This document shows positions 9,727-20,507 of a stretch of 64,000 nucleotides of DNA, one piece after another. Source of the DNA: a virus. The position numbers and the translations under genes are program-made. The stretch covers positions 8,012 to 72,011 of IMG/VR virus record IMGVR_UViG_3300033120_000623, one strand, 5' to 3'. A model generated the notes under the pieces. The model saw nothing but the letters and a program-made list of their open reading frames with translations, was not told the DNA's origin and did not search any database. Positions within the stretch are counted from its first letter, which is position 1. Each line of letters starts with the position of its first letter.

Positions 9727-10137
9727 ATGAAATCGAACCTGCACAAGAATTTTAAAACGAACTCTGCACTAGAAGAACAAGGTGTATTTTTTCAAGTAGA
9801 AGAGGGAGTTAAATTCCTCATCGCTCGTTTCTCTGCTGACTCTGAAAAGGTTCAAGCAGCAACTCTTAAGTACCTAAAGCCGTACGTAAGACAAATCCAA
9901 TCGAACCAACTATCGGCTAAGAAGCGCACCGAGATTTCTGTAACCACTTTCGTACATGCGTGTGTGATCGGTTGGGAAGGTGTGACTGACGCTGAAGGAA
10001 ATCTTATTCCGTTCTCTAAAGAAAATTGTATCGAGTTACTTTTGGAACTTCCTGAGTTGTTCCGCACGCTAGAAGAATATTCTTCTGATGCAAACAACTA
10101 CAAGGACGACGTGAAGGAAGAACTGGGAAACTCTTAG
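9727..10137 (+). CDS. Tail assembly chaperone (gpG-like)
   Basis: GGAGGG RBS. 136 aa, acidic. The ORF ends right after a slippery heptamer. Confidence 0.6.
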   Translation: MKSNLHKNFKTNSALEEQGVFFQVEEGVKFLIARFSADSEKVQAATLKYLKPYVRQIQSNQLSAKKRTEISVTTFVHACVIGWEGVTDAEGNLIPFSKENCIELLLELPELFRTLEEYSSDANNYKDDVKEELGNS

Positions 10138-10529
10138 AGAGATACATTACCTGGGCCTACAAGTGGAACAAGGAACTAAGCTCTGGAATCTTCCAAACAC
10201 TGATCGAAAAGAAGATCTTAAAGGAAGAAGACTACGAGCCACCATTAGACGGATTTAGATATTACGTCGACATGTTTAGGGAGATGGGGACTTGCAGGAA
10301 TGTAGGAGGGGGCTTGGCCCCCATCCCATTCACCGCGATCTTAGAATACTGGAAGTATCGAAGGATTGGGACGTTTGAGGATTTTTTGTATCTCACTAGA
10401 AGAATGGACAACGCACTTTTAGATTTTGAAGCAAGTAAAAAAGAACCAGAAAGGAAGGTAGAAGATGCCTCCGGGAAACACAACGCAAACAAAAACAATC
10501 ATCGTAAGGGCAACAAGCGACGGGGCTAA
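9727..10529 (+). CDS. Tail assembly chaperone GT-like fusion produced by -1 programmed frameshift
   Basis: The slippery site G GGA AAC at 10125-10131 sits 2 codons before the G stop. The -1 frame stays open to 10529 (encoding ...LERYITWAYKWNKELSSG...) and overlaps the tape-measure start. Confidence 0.55.
10125..10131 (+). other. -1 ribosomal frameshift slippery heptamer GGGAAAC
   Basis: X XXY YYZ pattern in the zero frame of the chaperone ORF, immediately upstream of its stop codon. Confidence 0.55.
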
Positions 10530-12801
10530 GGAGATTAATGCCTTAGCCAAGCAGATGGGGATTCTGAATAAGAACACCGCTGCTACTGCCAACTCTCTTA
10601 AGAAGTTTGGACAAGTGTTTCAAACAGTTTTTGCTGCGTCTGTATTCGGCATGGGAATCGCCGAAGTAACTGGTATGATTGATTCCATGCAACAGCTTCG
10701 TGACAGACTAGGAAACGTTACGAAGGAAGGCGACAACGTAGACGACACCTTCAACCAAATCGTAGAGGCTGCAAATAGATCTCGCGTGAGCATTGATGAC
10801 TTCGCTGCTTCGTTCACTCGTATGGCGATGGCAACTCAGTCAACAGGGCTTTCAACTCAATCTCTTTTAATGGTTACTGAAGCCTTACAGAAAACTTTCT
10901 TGATCTCCGGATCTAGTGCGAAAGAAGCTGCGGCTTCTTCGATCCAGTTGTCACAAGGTTTGGCATCTGGTGTGTTACGCGGTGAGGAGTTCAACTCCGT
11001 ACTAGAACAAAATCTTTACTTGGGTCAAGCATTGGCCAAACAAATCACTAACGGCAACGTTGGGGCACTTCGTGCTTTAGCGAAGCAAGGTAAACTTACT
11101 AATGATCAAGTGTTGAAAGCACTTGCGAAGAGTATGGTAGACATCGAAGACAAGTCTAACAAAATGCGACTTACAATTGGCCAGTCGGTAACGATTGCGT
11201 TCAATGGATTACTTGTCGTCGTAGATAAACTAAATGAAAAACTTGGACTGGGTGTGGGAATCGCCAAAGGGATTTTCTTCCTTGCCGATTCTCTTAAGTA
11301 CCTAGGCGCAATCGCTGCGGTAGTTGGCCTAGCTAAACTCCCGGCGTTACTTGGATCTTTAGAAAAATTTGGTAAAGCTATTTGGACCTTTGCGAAAGCA
11401 AATCCTTTGATGCTTGCCCTTACCGCCTTGGCAGTTCTTGCCGTGTACGTGTACGACCACTTTGATCTACTAAAAGGGGAAGTCTTAGCTCTCGGAGCTA
11501 CGTTCATGGAAGTAGGAAGATCAATCTCTGAAAACTTCATGGACCCACTTCGTTTGTTCTTAGCTAAACTTGCGGGACCTGATGCAGTGAAGAACGTTCA
11601 AGCATACATCGCACAGAATGCTAAAGAAGGTCGCGCTGCAATCGACGACTTAAACAAACGTGCAGCGGAGTCTTTTAAGAAAGCAGAGAAGACAACTGTT
11701 TCCTTTGCGGATCGTTTTGCTTCCTTGATGAAAGACATCAACAACATGAACGGAACTAGCATGGGAGTAGAGCAGAAACCTAAGGAGATGTTGGCCGAAT
11801 TAAATAAAGAATACATCAACCTTAGAATCTCTGCGGCTGAATACTACGAACAACAAGACAAAGTTGGCCGTAGAATGGCCACTTACGATTTCGCTAAAGG
11901 GAAGGATGATCTAGCATCATTCAATGAGAAGTTGCGCCAGTTGAGCACCGCTAATTTGAATAGGGAGTTCGCTACCGGAGCAACTTCATTAGAGGGCTAC
12001 AACATGGCCCTTGATAGTTTAGCCACCAACTCTGCTTGGGATAAACTTCAATCTGGCAAGATCACGCTGAAAGAATACAACGAAGAGCTTGCTAAGATCC
12101 CTGGCCAGTTGAACACGATCCAATCTCTCACACTAGGTGTTCAACGTTACTACGATTCAATCGGCACGTACGCAAACGGTATCGCTAAGATCTCTGAAAC
12201 TGTTTTGTCTTCTGTTGAGGATGAAGTAGTCGGATGGCTTACAACTGGTGAAGCAACTTGGGAAGACTTCGGTAAAACCGTTGTGAATCAAATTGCTCGC
12301 ATCGCTTACCAAATGCTTATCGCTAAGCCGATCATTGAATCCGTGATGGGACTATTAAGTCCTGGAGGTGGTGGAGTTCAAACCAGCGGCAACAGTGTCG
12401 GTGGCGCGAGCTACATGACGAACGGGTATGCAAACGGAGGAGTGTTCAACAAGTCCGGTGTAACAGCATTCGCAAACGGAGGCGTAGTAAGTTCACCAAC
12501 TATGTTTGGAATGAGTGGCGGAGGTGCAGGCCTCATGGGTGAAGCAGGCCCCGAAGCAATCATGCCTCTTCGTCGCGGATCAAACGGAGAACTTGGAGTG
12601 CAGGCAACTACTGCTCCGGTTTATGTAACGATCAACAACAACGCATCAGGTGTGGAAGCTTCTCAAATGGAATCAACCGGACCAAACGGAGAAAGATACT
12701 TAGAGATCACGGTGCAAAACATCGTGAGCAAAGGTCTTGCTCAAGGTCGATTCGATAAGCCTCTAAAAGATACTTACAATATCAGAAGGCAGGGTAACTA
12801 A
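10465..12801 (+). CDS. Tail tape measure protein
   Basis: 778 aa, alpha-helical and Ala/Leu-rich with a Gly-rich C-terminal region. Lies downstream of the G/GT pair. Confidence 0.8.
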   Translation: MPPGNTTQTKTIIVRATSDGAKEINALAKQMGILNKNTAATANSLKKFGQVFQTVFAASVFGMGIAEVTGMIDSMQQLRDRLGNVTKEGDNVDDTFNQIVEAANRSRVSIDDFAASFTRMAMATQSTGLSTQSLLMVTEALQKTFLISGSSAKEAAASSIQLSQGLASGVLRGEEFNSVLEQNLYLGQALAKQITNGNVGALRALAKQGKLTNDQVLKALAKSMVDIEDKSNKMRLTIGQSVTIAFNGLLVVVDKLNEKLGLGVGIAKGIFFLADSLKYLGAIAAVVGLAKLPALLGSLEKFGKAIWTFAKANPLMLALTALAVLAVYVYDHFDLLKGEVLALGATFMEVGRSISENFMDPLRLFLAKLAGPDAVKNVQAYIAQNAKEGRAAIDDLNKRAAESFKKAEKTTVSFADRFASLMKDINNMNGTSMGVEQKPKEMLAELNKEYINLRISAAEYYEQQDKVGRRMATYDFAKGKDDLASFNEKLRQLSTANLNREFATGATSLEGYNMALDSLATNSAWDKLQSGKITLKEYNEELAKIPGQLNTIQSLTLGVQRYYDSIGTYANGIAKISETVLSSVEDEVVGWLTTGEATWEDFGKTVVNQIARIAYQMLIAKPIIESVMGLLSPGGGGVQTSGNSVGGASYMTNGYANGGVFNKSGVTAFANGGVVSSPTMFGMSGGGAGLMGEAGPEAIMPLRRGSNGELGVQATTAPVYVTINNNASGVEASQMESTGPNGERYLEITVQNIVSKGLAQGRFDKPLKDTYNIRRQGN

Positions 12802-13154
12802 TGGCAGCAACTTGGCCTACTTCTCTTCAGCAACTTTTGAATCAGTCGGACTTTGTTCTGTCGCCGACTGACACAACTATTCGCACCGACATGGACTACG
12901 GACCAAAGAAAGTTCGCCGCCGATACACTGATGCAGTGGTCCCGGTGAACTGTTCTATTAACTTGCCAATGTCGGAATACGACACGCTTGATCTTTTCTT
13001 CCGCAACACACTAGGCGGTGGAGTAGAGCGTTTCGATTTCGTTCATCCAATCACGCAAGACATGGTGAGCGCACGTTTCACTGCACCACCTAGTTACGCG
13101 CCGATGGGTGGATTGATCTTCCGTGTTTCAATGCAATGGGAATTCTTACCTTAG
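12801..13154 (+). CDS. Minor tail protein, lambda gpM-like
   Basis: 117 aa. TAATG overlap with the tape-measure gene. Position and size match gpM. Confidence 0.5.
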   Translation: MAATWPTSLQQLLNQSDFVLSPTDTTIRTDMDYGPKKVRRRYTDAVVPVNCSINLPMSEYDTLDLFFRNTLGGGVERFDFVHPITQDMVSARFTAPPSYAPMGGLIFRVSMQWEFLP

Positions 13155-13166
13155 AAAGGAGAAGCG

Positions 13167-13640
13167 ATGCCTACACAAATTCCATTGTCTTTATTGCAGC
13201 AACTAATGCGCCAGGAAACTTCAGACGTTGTCCTTACACTTCTGACGTTAGATCACCCGGCGTGGGAAGCTCCAATTAGACTAGTGAACAACAGCTCTGA
13301 TATCGTTTCTCGTGGAAATGTGTACACTGCTTTTCCTTTCAGTATTGTTCTTCCTCCTGATGACGGCGAGACAACTCGTGAAGCCAATATCACTATGGAT
13401 AATACGTCTCTTGAAATAATCGGCTTCCTTCGCAGCGTGATTGATGAGATTCCGGCTACGATTGAAGTGATCTTGGCTAGGCTTCCTAACGAAGTGCAAA
13501 TGGATATCCCAGACCTAGTTGTTAGAAGCATCAACTACAACAAAAACAGAATCACGGCAGTTCTATCTTTAGATAGTTTCTTAAACACAGAGCTTACTTC
13601 CGAAAAGTACACTCCGGCAAAATTTCCGGGACTCTTCTAA
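13167..13640 (+). CDS. Minor tail protein, lambda gpL-like
   Basis: 157 aa. AAAGGAG RBS. The N-terminus is similar in pattern to gpL. Confidence 0.5.
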   Translation: MPTQIPLSLLQQLMRQETSDVVLTLLTLDHPAWEAPIRLVNNSSDIVSRGNVYTAFPFSIVLPPDDGETTREANITMDNTSLEIIGFLRSVIDEIPATIEVILARLPNEVQMDIPDLVVRSINYNKNRITAVLSLDSFLNTELTSEKYTPAKFPGLF

Positions 13641-14017
13641 TGGAGCGCAACTACGCCCACTTAGTTGGAATCCCGTACAAGAAGTTAAACTGCTACGAGC
13701 TGGTTAAAAAGTTCTACGCAGATGTTTTGAAGAAGGAACTTAAAAGTTATTACGACGTGGCCCCGAGTGACAGAGTTGAAATGCAGAACTTGGTTTACAC
13801 CTCCAAGGGAGACTTTGTTCGTGTGGATACTCCGGAGTTCGGGGACATCGTCCTTATTAAGATCGAAGGACTTGAAAGCCACATCGCAGTTTACGTGGGC
13901 AACGGTTTCATCCTTCACACACTGGTGACGACGCAAGCTTCGGTCGTACAAAGAATTAATCCTCGCTGGAGACACGTTGTTTCTGGTTACTACAGATTGA
14001 GAGAAAATAATGATTAA
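13640..14017 (+). CDS. Tail tip NlpC/P60-family peptidase, lambda gpK-like
   Basis: Cys in ...LNCYELV... and His residues in ...ESHIAVYVGNGFILH... match a papain-like NlpC/P60 catalytic arrangement. Confidence 0.65.
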   Translation: MERNYAHLVGIPYKKLNCYELVKKFYADVLKKELKSYYDVAPSDRVEMQNLVYTSKGDFVRVDTPEFGDIVLIKIEGLESHIAVYVGNGFILHTLVTTQASVVQRINPRWRHVVSGYYRLRENND

Positions 14018-17000
14018 GATTCGCCTCAGATCTATAGGAGAAGACAAGCCGCTGGAAACAGAAATTGTTCCCGGCGAGAATATTTTGGAAGCAGCTAAGA
14101 GGGCTTTGTCTGGAACTCCTTTCGAGGAAGCTCCTCAAGAACATTTCTACGCAGTTGTAAACGGTCATCTAGTTCCGAAAGAAATGTGGGAGATCACTAA
14201 GACAAACTCCGGTGACAATGTTGTCATTGCCCCAGAACTAAAAGGTGACCAACAAGGTCTTCTCCGCACGATTGCTTTGATCGGCGTTATGATCGCAGCT
14301 CCTTATGCTGGAGCAGCTTTATCAGGGGCCACGGCAGGGCTAGGCTACGCTGCGGCCACTGCTGCTGTTACTGTATTGGGATCTCTTGCAGTCACTGCTT
14401 TGATTCCACCAGCTGATCTTAAGACGGGTGTTAACGACGCGGAGAACTCTTCGCAGATGTACACTCTTTCTTCTCAGTCTAATAAAACTGCGAAGCTTAG
14501 CTTCGTGCCAAAGGTTTACGGAACCCACAGAATGTTCCCCAACGTTGCGGCGAATCCTTACATTCAATTTGAGGCCGATGCTGACGGCAAGCTAGTTCAG
14601 TTCCTTTACTGTGTGTACGACTTCGGTTTGGGTCCTGCACTTATCGACGACATCAGAATCGGTGACACCGCAATCGGCGACTTTGCGGATTGTGATTACC
14701 GTTTGGTAGACATCAATAAGCCAGCAATTTCTGAAGGAACCTGGGACGATCAAACGTTCCCAGAGTTTAAATATTATAAAGGTGATAGCAACACAGAAGA
14801 CGTAAGCTTCACTTTCGTAAAGAATCAAAATGATACTCCAACACCGCCGGAAGGTGACTACAGAGTTATTCGTAACTCCGCGATCAATCCGACAAATGCC
14901 CCCACCGAAATCTCTTTGATGCTTTATGCACCACAAGGACTTATCGGCTACGCATCTAACGGCAAGCAATCTGCTCGTTCGGTCGTGTTTGATATTGAGT
15001 TTGCAAAAGTAGGAACAGAAGATTGGTATCCGTACAATGAGTACACTCAAGTCATCGACTACCGTTCTACTGGTGGCGATACACTTTACTCAGACATCCC
15101 GGCTGGATTCCAATACGAAGATTTGATCTTGATCCGACAAGCCCCTCCCCGTTCTCAAGGTTTCAACTGGGACCCAGATACGGCCAACTTCCATTTCCTT
15201 GTTGGCTTCTTCTATGGTATTCCGGCAGGTGCTACATCGGTTATTCTAAATCGCGATCCAAACATTCAGTACAACACTGTGCTTCGTTGCGCGGGTGAAG
15301 TACTGGGCCGTGTTGCTTCGTTTGATTTACTATCCGGCAACCGCGCTCGCTACCACTTCCAAGAACCAATCTCTAAAACTTACGAAGTGGCTATCAGAAG
15401 GGACTTCCATACTTTCCTCATGGGAGAGCTAGGGCCTACAGATGAAGTCATCACGACTGAATGGGAAACTTCTAAGCAGATTTATCGTGGCGTAGCTACC
15501 CTTAAGAAAGCCGTTTTAAAAGGTCAAGGAACTGATCCGGTATATGCCGTGTTCAAGTTCTGGCCGATTGATCCTGGCCAATACAAAGTGCGTGTGACAA
15601 GGGTTTCTTCTAACTCTACTTACACGTATCAAATCAATGACGACGTTGTGTGGAGCAGCTTGGAAACTCGCTTCGATGCGATCCCTATCTTAACCGAGAA
15701 GCGCCACGTATTCCTTGAACTTAGAATCCGTGCAACGAATCAGTTGAACGGAACTATTTCCAACTTGTCTGCAAGTGTGACTTCCGTACTTGATACTTGG
15801 AACGGCACCGCGTGGGTGAAAGCACCGACAAGCAATCCTGCGTGGATATACACTGACATTTTAACTGGTGAGATTAACAAGCGCCCGGCGGACAAGTCTC
15901 GTCTCCACCTTGATTCAATCGTTGAGTGGGCGGAGTACTGCGAAGAGATCCCTCCTTCCATTGAAACACAAGTTTGGATTGAGCCTCGCTTCACTTGTAA
16001 CTTCGTTCTAGACTTTGCCACTACACTTCAGCAGCTAGTGAATCGCGTCACTGCGGTTTCCAATGCAAGTATGAACGTGATCGACGGCAAGTATGGCGTA
16101 TTGATTGACCGCAGAAAAACTATTCCGGTTCAAATATTTACTCCGCGCAATTCAAGTAACTTCAGTTCTACACGTACTTATCCTCGTCCTCCACATGCTT
16201 TGGAAATGCAGTTCGTAGATCCAAACATCAACTGGGACATGGGAAATATTCGTGCGTACGCTGACGGCTACGATGCAACCACTGCAACAGAGATTGAGGA
16301 AGTAAGTACTTTCGGTATCACCAACTCTGAACAGGCGTGGCGCCTTGGCCGATACATGTTGGCCTCTGCTAAGCTTCGCCAGGAAACAATTTCTATCGAC
16401 GTGGACTTCGAGTACTTAGTGTGCGCACGCGGAGACTTTGTCCAGTTGGTGCAAGATTCTATGCGTGCGGGAGGAAGAGCTTCACGTGTTAAAACAGTCG
16501 TCGGCAATGTCGTTACATTGGACGATGCTTATGACAATTTACCAACTCCAACTTGGGGATATGTTTTCCGTTCCGGTACAACTGGAGAGATCTTCTCTGG
16601 CGTTGCCGATCCGGTGAACGCGAGATCTTTTGAATTAGATGGCGACCTCCCTGAAGAAGGAGATCTAATTGTTATCGGAGCCACTGACCAAGTTGTGATT
16701 GATTGCATCGTTAAGGCTATAAATCCTAAAGATGATTTCTCGGCAACTCTCACGTTGGTTGAGAAAGCAGATGCCGTTCACGATTCAGAAACTGGAGCAG
16801 GCATCCCGGCATACGACCCACAACTAGCTCCAGTGCAATCACAATACACGCCTCCTGGAGAAGTGGAGAATCTTCAGGTCACTGACAACGCTTACAACTG
16901 TACAGGAAACGGTTACGAGCCTTACATCGTTCTCGATTGGGATTCTCCAACTGGATCAACTTTCGAGTATTTTGAAATCTACGTAAATTGGGGTGATGGG

Positions 17001-18260
17001 TACAATATTGCAGCTACTACTCGTGATTCTCTCTATACTTATATTGTTGCTATTAACAATCTAGATAAACAGCACGACTTCAAAGTGCTGGCGGTATCGT
17101 CTGGAGGATTGAAACTAGATCTTCCAGCGGTGTCGTTTGTATCGGCCACTCCACCGAAGAAGATCACACCACCTTCTGACGTTGCAAATCTTTCTACGAA
17201 CATCACTAACGAAGTTCTCCAACTTAGTTGGGTAAGAGTTCCAGATTGTGACGTGAGAGAATACTTCATCCGTTACTCTCCGATCACAAACGGAGGAAGC
17301 TGGTCCTCTTCTACACCCCTGGTTAAAGTGGACAAGAACACAAACACCACTTCGGTCCAAGCCCGTACCGGAACTTACTACATCAAGGCCGTGGATTATA
17401 ACGACAACGAATCAGCGATTGCAGCAGTTGCGATCACGACGATTCCAAATCTATTTGCTTTGAACATCATTGATGAAGTTTCCGACACACCTGCATTTGA
17501 CGGAACTAAAGATCGCGTTGTGAAAATCGGCAACAGTATCATGCTTGCGAAAGCAACGGTTGGTACTTCCCTTGATCAACAATCTTATTACTCTGAAGGC
17601 TACTACTACTTCAAAGAGTTGGTTGACCTTGGTGATATCTACACGGCCCGTGTTCAGTCAAACATTCAAGCGGCTGGCTATACGGAAGAAGATCTAGTTG
17701 GGAACTGGGACCCGGTTGGGGCTGTTGAAGCTCTTGCAACTGCTACCGTATCTGACTGGGACGTGATCACTGAGTATCGAGTTTCAAATACAAGAAACGT
17801 TATGGAAGACTGGGTTCATCTTGAAGACATTGATCCACTCAATGAAGGTGTTGATGCATTCTTCTCTGAATGGCGTCCTTTCACCATGGGAGACATCACT
17901 GGCCGCGTGATCCAGTTCCGTTTGAAACTAGTTAGTAACAGACCAAGTGTAACACCTCGTGTGTTTGACGGAACTATCAAAGTCGACATGCCGGATCGCT
18001 TGGACTCTTTCAACGACATGACATCTCCGGCTGCTGGCGGAATTTATCTTCCGTTTACGCCGCCGTTTAAAGGGCCGGGACTTTATCCAAACATCCAGGT
18101 CTCTATCGACGGTGCGGAATCAGGAGACTACTGGGAGCTTTCAGAAAGAACTCTTGCGGGAGTTCGTATCGAATTCTTCAACGCTGCTGACGTTGCGGTT
18201 GAAAGACAATTCGACATGTTCGTTAAAGGTTATGGAGCACAAAATAATGAAATCATTTAA
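14010..18260 (+). CDS. Host specificity protein: lambda gpI-like N-terminal segment fused to gpJ-like central tail fibre, with FN3-like region
   Basis: 1416 aa. The first ~170 aa show a ubiquitin-like start plus a hydrophobic Ala/Gly stretch and ...LSFVPKVYGTHRMF..., resembling gpI; the segment is continuous with the gpJ-like body. Confidence 0.7.
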   Translation: MIKIRLRSIGEDKPLETEIVPGENILEAAKRALSGTPFEEAPQEHFYAVVNGHLVPKEMWEITKTNSGDNVVIAPELKGDQQGLLRTIALIGVMIAAPYAGAALSGATAGLGYAAATAAVTVLGSLAVTALIPPADLKTGVNDAENSSQMYTLSSQSNKTAKLSFVPKVYGTHRMFPNVAANPYIQFEADADGKLVQFLYCVYDFGLGPALIDDIRIGDTAIGDFADCDYRLVDINKPAISEGTWDDQTFPEFKYYKGDSNTEDVSFTFVKNQNDTPTPPEGDYRVIRNSAINPTNAPTEISLMLYAPQGLIGYASNGKQSARSVVFDIEFAKVGTEDWYPYNEYTQVIDYRSTGGDTLYSDIPAGFQYEDLILIRQAPPRSQGFNWDPDTANFHFLVGFFYGIPAGATSVILNRDPNIQYNTVLRCAGEVLGRVASFDLLSGNRARYHFQEPISKTYEVAIRRDFHTFLMGELGPTDEVITTEWETSKQIYRGVATLKKAVLKGQGTDPVYAVFKFWPIDPGQYKVRVTRVSSNSTYTYQINDDVVWSSLETRFDAIPILTEKRHVFLELRIRATNQLNGTISNLSASVTSVLDTWNGTAWVKAPTSNPAWIYTDILTGEINKRPADKSRLHLDSIVEWAEYCEEIPPSIETQVWIEPRFTCNFVLDFATTLQQLVNRVTAVSNASMNVIDGKYGVLIDRRKTIPVQIFTPRNSSNFSSTRTYPRPPHALEMQFVDPNINWDMGNIRAYADGYDATTATEIEEVSTFGITNSEQAWRLGRYMLASAKLRQETISIDVDFEYLVCARGDFVQLVQDSMRAGGRASRVKTVVGNVVTLDDAYDNLPTPTWGYVFRSGTTGEIFSGVADPVNARSFELDGDLPEEGDLIVIGATDQVVIDCIVKAINPKDDFSATLTLVEKADAVHDSETGAGIPAYDPQLAPVQSQYTPPGEVENLQVTDNAYNCTGNGYEPYIVLDWDSPTGSTFEYFEIYVNWGDGYNIAATTRDSLYTYIVAINNLDKQHDFKVLAVSSGGLKLDLPAVSFVSATPPKKITPPSDVANLSTNITNEVLQLSWVRVPDCDVREYFIRYSPITNGGSWSSSTPLVKVDKNTNTTSVQARTGTYYIKAVDYNDNESAIAAVAITTIPNLFALNIIDEVSDTPAFDGTKDRVVKIGNSIMLAKATVGTSLDQQSYYSEGYYYFKELVDLGDIYTARVQSNIQAAGYTEEDLVGNWDPVGAVEALATATVSDWDVITEYRVSNTRNVMEDWVHLEDIDPLNEGVDAFFSEWRPFTMGDITGRVIQFRLKLVSNRPSVTPRVFDGTIKVDMPDRLDSFNDMTSPAAGGIYLPFTPPFKGPGLYPNIQVSIDGAESGDYWELSERTLAGVRIEFFNAADVAVERQFDMFVKGYGAQNNEII

Positions 18261-18275
18261 AGGGGAGAAACTACT

Positions 18276-20492
18276 ATGAGTCAGGACGTATTTAATAACA
18301 TTGACCCCGCGATTGTCGGGGGCACGGATTTAGCCGGGATCTTAAATGATTTCAAAGACGCTCTGATGTCAGGATGTAAAGGTCCTACACGTCCGACGGA
18401 AATTACTACTGGCGGATTTTGGGTGGACGACTCCCAAGAATCTGGAAGTAATCTTTTGATGTTTAAGATGTTCGACGGCACCGATGACATCTTAATCTTC
18501 ACAGTTAATAAAGCTACCAACTCAGTTGCGATCACTGGTTCTAGTGATTCGTTTGAGATCACAAAGATCTCTGCTGACACCAATGCGCCAATTCTTTCTT
18601 TCCTTAAGAAGAGAGTAGCTGACTCAGGTCGAGTGTTGAGCGGAGACGTGATCGGTCAAATTGAATTCAAAGCGGTTGTTACTGGTGGCACAACTCAAAG
18701 TGTTGCCCGTATTAAATGGGTGGCTTCACAAGATCAAACTGGTTCGGCTAACGGTGGGTACTTTGTCGTTGAAGGAACACTTCAAGGACAAGGAAGCATC
18801 AGCGAGTTTGCTCGCTTCATGGAAGGCCGCCTAGGCCTTGGAACAACTGCACCAAGTGCAGCTCTTCACATTGTTTCAACTACTGGTATCCGTAACGAAA
18901 GAAGCAGCGCCGATGCGATTGGGCCGAAATCGGTTTCTAGAAAAAAGCGTATCGCGTCGTTAGGGAAAGTGATCAGTGGCGACGAACTAGGGACCAAAGA
19001 TTTCAACTCCACTGACGACGCTGGAACCGAGTTCACTGGTGTGCGCTTAACTGTTACCGCTGATGAAGATCCAACACCAACGGTGCGTGGAGCAAAGCTA
19101 GTTCTCCAGGCAATTAAAAAAGGCACCAATGTGTTGGCAGACCTTTTCATGATTGCCGAAGGAAAGAAAACTTCTTACGTGGTTGAATCAATCGACGCAC
19201 TTGAAAGACAAACACAAACGTTTGCCAGCGTTACTGATGTGCCAGCGTTGGACATGCAGAAGTCTTTCATTGAAGTGACTGGAACTACTGCGATGACTAT
19301 TCGCGGGATCTCTAATGATTCTCGCAGCCGTAACTCAGTGATTTATAATGGCTCCACTCAGAACATCATCTTTGTTTCTGAAGATGTAAGCATCACGGCC
19401 AATGATCGTGTGGTTGTGAATGGTGAACCAACTTTTACTTTGCAGCCGGGCAAGTCAGTTGAAATCATGCGCAAGGTTTCTAACAGCCGTTGGATCACAA
19501 TGGTCGAAGGAAACACTGGCATCACATACAACGAAGCAACGGGACTTATGGCGGAGTTGATTGCTAAGTCTTTGAATATTAATAAACTGGTTCCAACCAT
19601 TGCCCTGGCTTCTGCTCCCGATCTCACAGCGATAGCAGCTACCTCTATCAAGACTCTTTTCTCAGTTGGAAATATTGGTTCCGCAACTCACGTAATTTTG
19701 ATCACTCAATACGGAGCATTTTTAAGTTCCGGAGCTTTGGGAGCAAATTGGAATGGCTCGTGGGCCAGAGGTGCAGGCGCTTCTACTAGTGCTGTATTTG
19801 TTCGTCCCACTGGAACGGCCCGATTGTTGTACGCGCAGTACACAGTTTCTTGGACCACTAGTGACCTTGGTGTGAACAATGCCATGGACTGGAGAGACGT
19901 TGCTTTCAACGGTTCTGCTTACGTGATTGTTTCCTCGGCTGGTGCTTCCCGCATCGGCGTTTACACGGGATCTTGGACATACATCGCGGCAACTACTGTC
20001 GACGTTCCACTAAGATCAGTTGCTTACGGCAACAGCTTATTGGTCGCGGTCGGTGGAGTGATCGGCGCTTCTCCAAATCACAGCGCCTGGGTTTCATCAA
20101 ATGGGGGATCTACCTGGACTTCTTACGCTCTTCCAAATGAAGCCACGATTGAATATTCCCTGGTTCGCTATTGCAACAACTTGTTCATAACTATTGGAGA
20201 TGTGGCAGCCAATGGACAGAAGCTTTTAACTTCTCCAGATGGCCAAACGTGGACGGCTAGGGCGACTCTTCCAGTTGGAATTACTGTAACCGGGATTGCT
20301 TACACAGGCGGGATGTACATGGCCAGCACAGATATTGATCAGGCCATTATTTCTACTGATGGGGTCAACTGGTCGGCGGTTGACTCGAACGCGATGGCCG
20401 CTATTTGCTCAAGTAACGGTAAGTTTTTCGGAACTGTCGGCGGCTTGGGCTTCGCTCCAATTTACTACAACACTTTATCACCTTCATTCTAG
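18276..20492 (+). CDS. Tail fibre protein with C-terminal BNR/Asp-box beta-propeller-like domain
   Basis: 738 aa. AGGGGAG RBS. Asp-box motifs SSNGGSTWTS, TSPDGQTWTA and STDGVNWSA lie in the last 200 aa. The first ~60 aa are shared with the next gene. Confidence 0.6.
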   Translation: MSQDVFNNIDPAIVGGTDLAGILNDFKDALMSGCKGPTRPTEITTGGFWVDDSQESGSNLLMFKMFDGTDDILIFTVNKATNSVAITGSSDSFEITKISADTNAPILSFLKKRVADSGRVLSGDVIGQIEFKAVVTGGTTQSVARIKWVASQDQTGSANGGYFVVEGTLQGQGSISEFARFMEGRLGLGTTAPSAALHIVSTTGIRNERSSADAIGPKSVSRKKRIASLGKVISGDELGTKDFNSTDDAGTEFTGVRLTVTADEDPTPTVRGAKLVLQAIKKGTNVLADLFMIAEGKKTSYVVESIDALERQTQTFASVTDVPALDMQKSFIEVTGTTAMTIRGISNDSRSRNSVIYNGSTQNIIFVSEDVSITANDRVVVNGEPTFTLQPGKSVEIMRKVSNSRWITMVEGNTGITYNEATGLMAELIAKSLNINKLVPTIALASAPDLTAIAATSIKTLFSVGNIGSATHVILITQYGAFLSSGALGANWNGSWARGAGASTSAVFVRPTGTARLLYAQYTVSWTTSDLGVNNAMDWRDVAFNGSAYVIVSSAGASRIGVYTGSWTYIAATTVDVPLRSVAYGNSLLVAVGGVIGASPNHSAWVSSNGGSTWTSYALPNEATIEYSLVRYCNNLFITIGDVAANGQKLLTSPDGQTWTARATLPVGITVTGIAYTGGMYMASTDIDQAIISTDGVNWSAVDSNAMAAICSSNGKFFGTVGGLGFAPIYYNTLSPSF

Positions 20493-20507
20493 AAAGCGAG
20501 ATTAACA

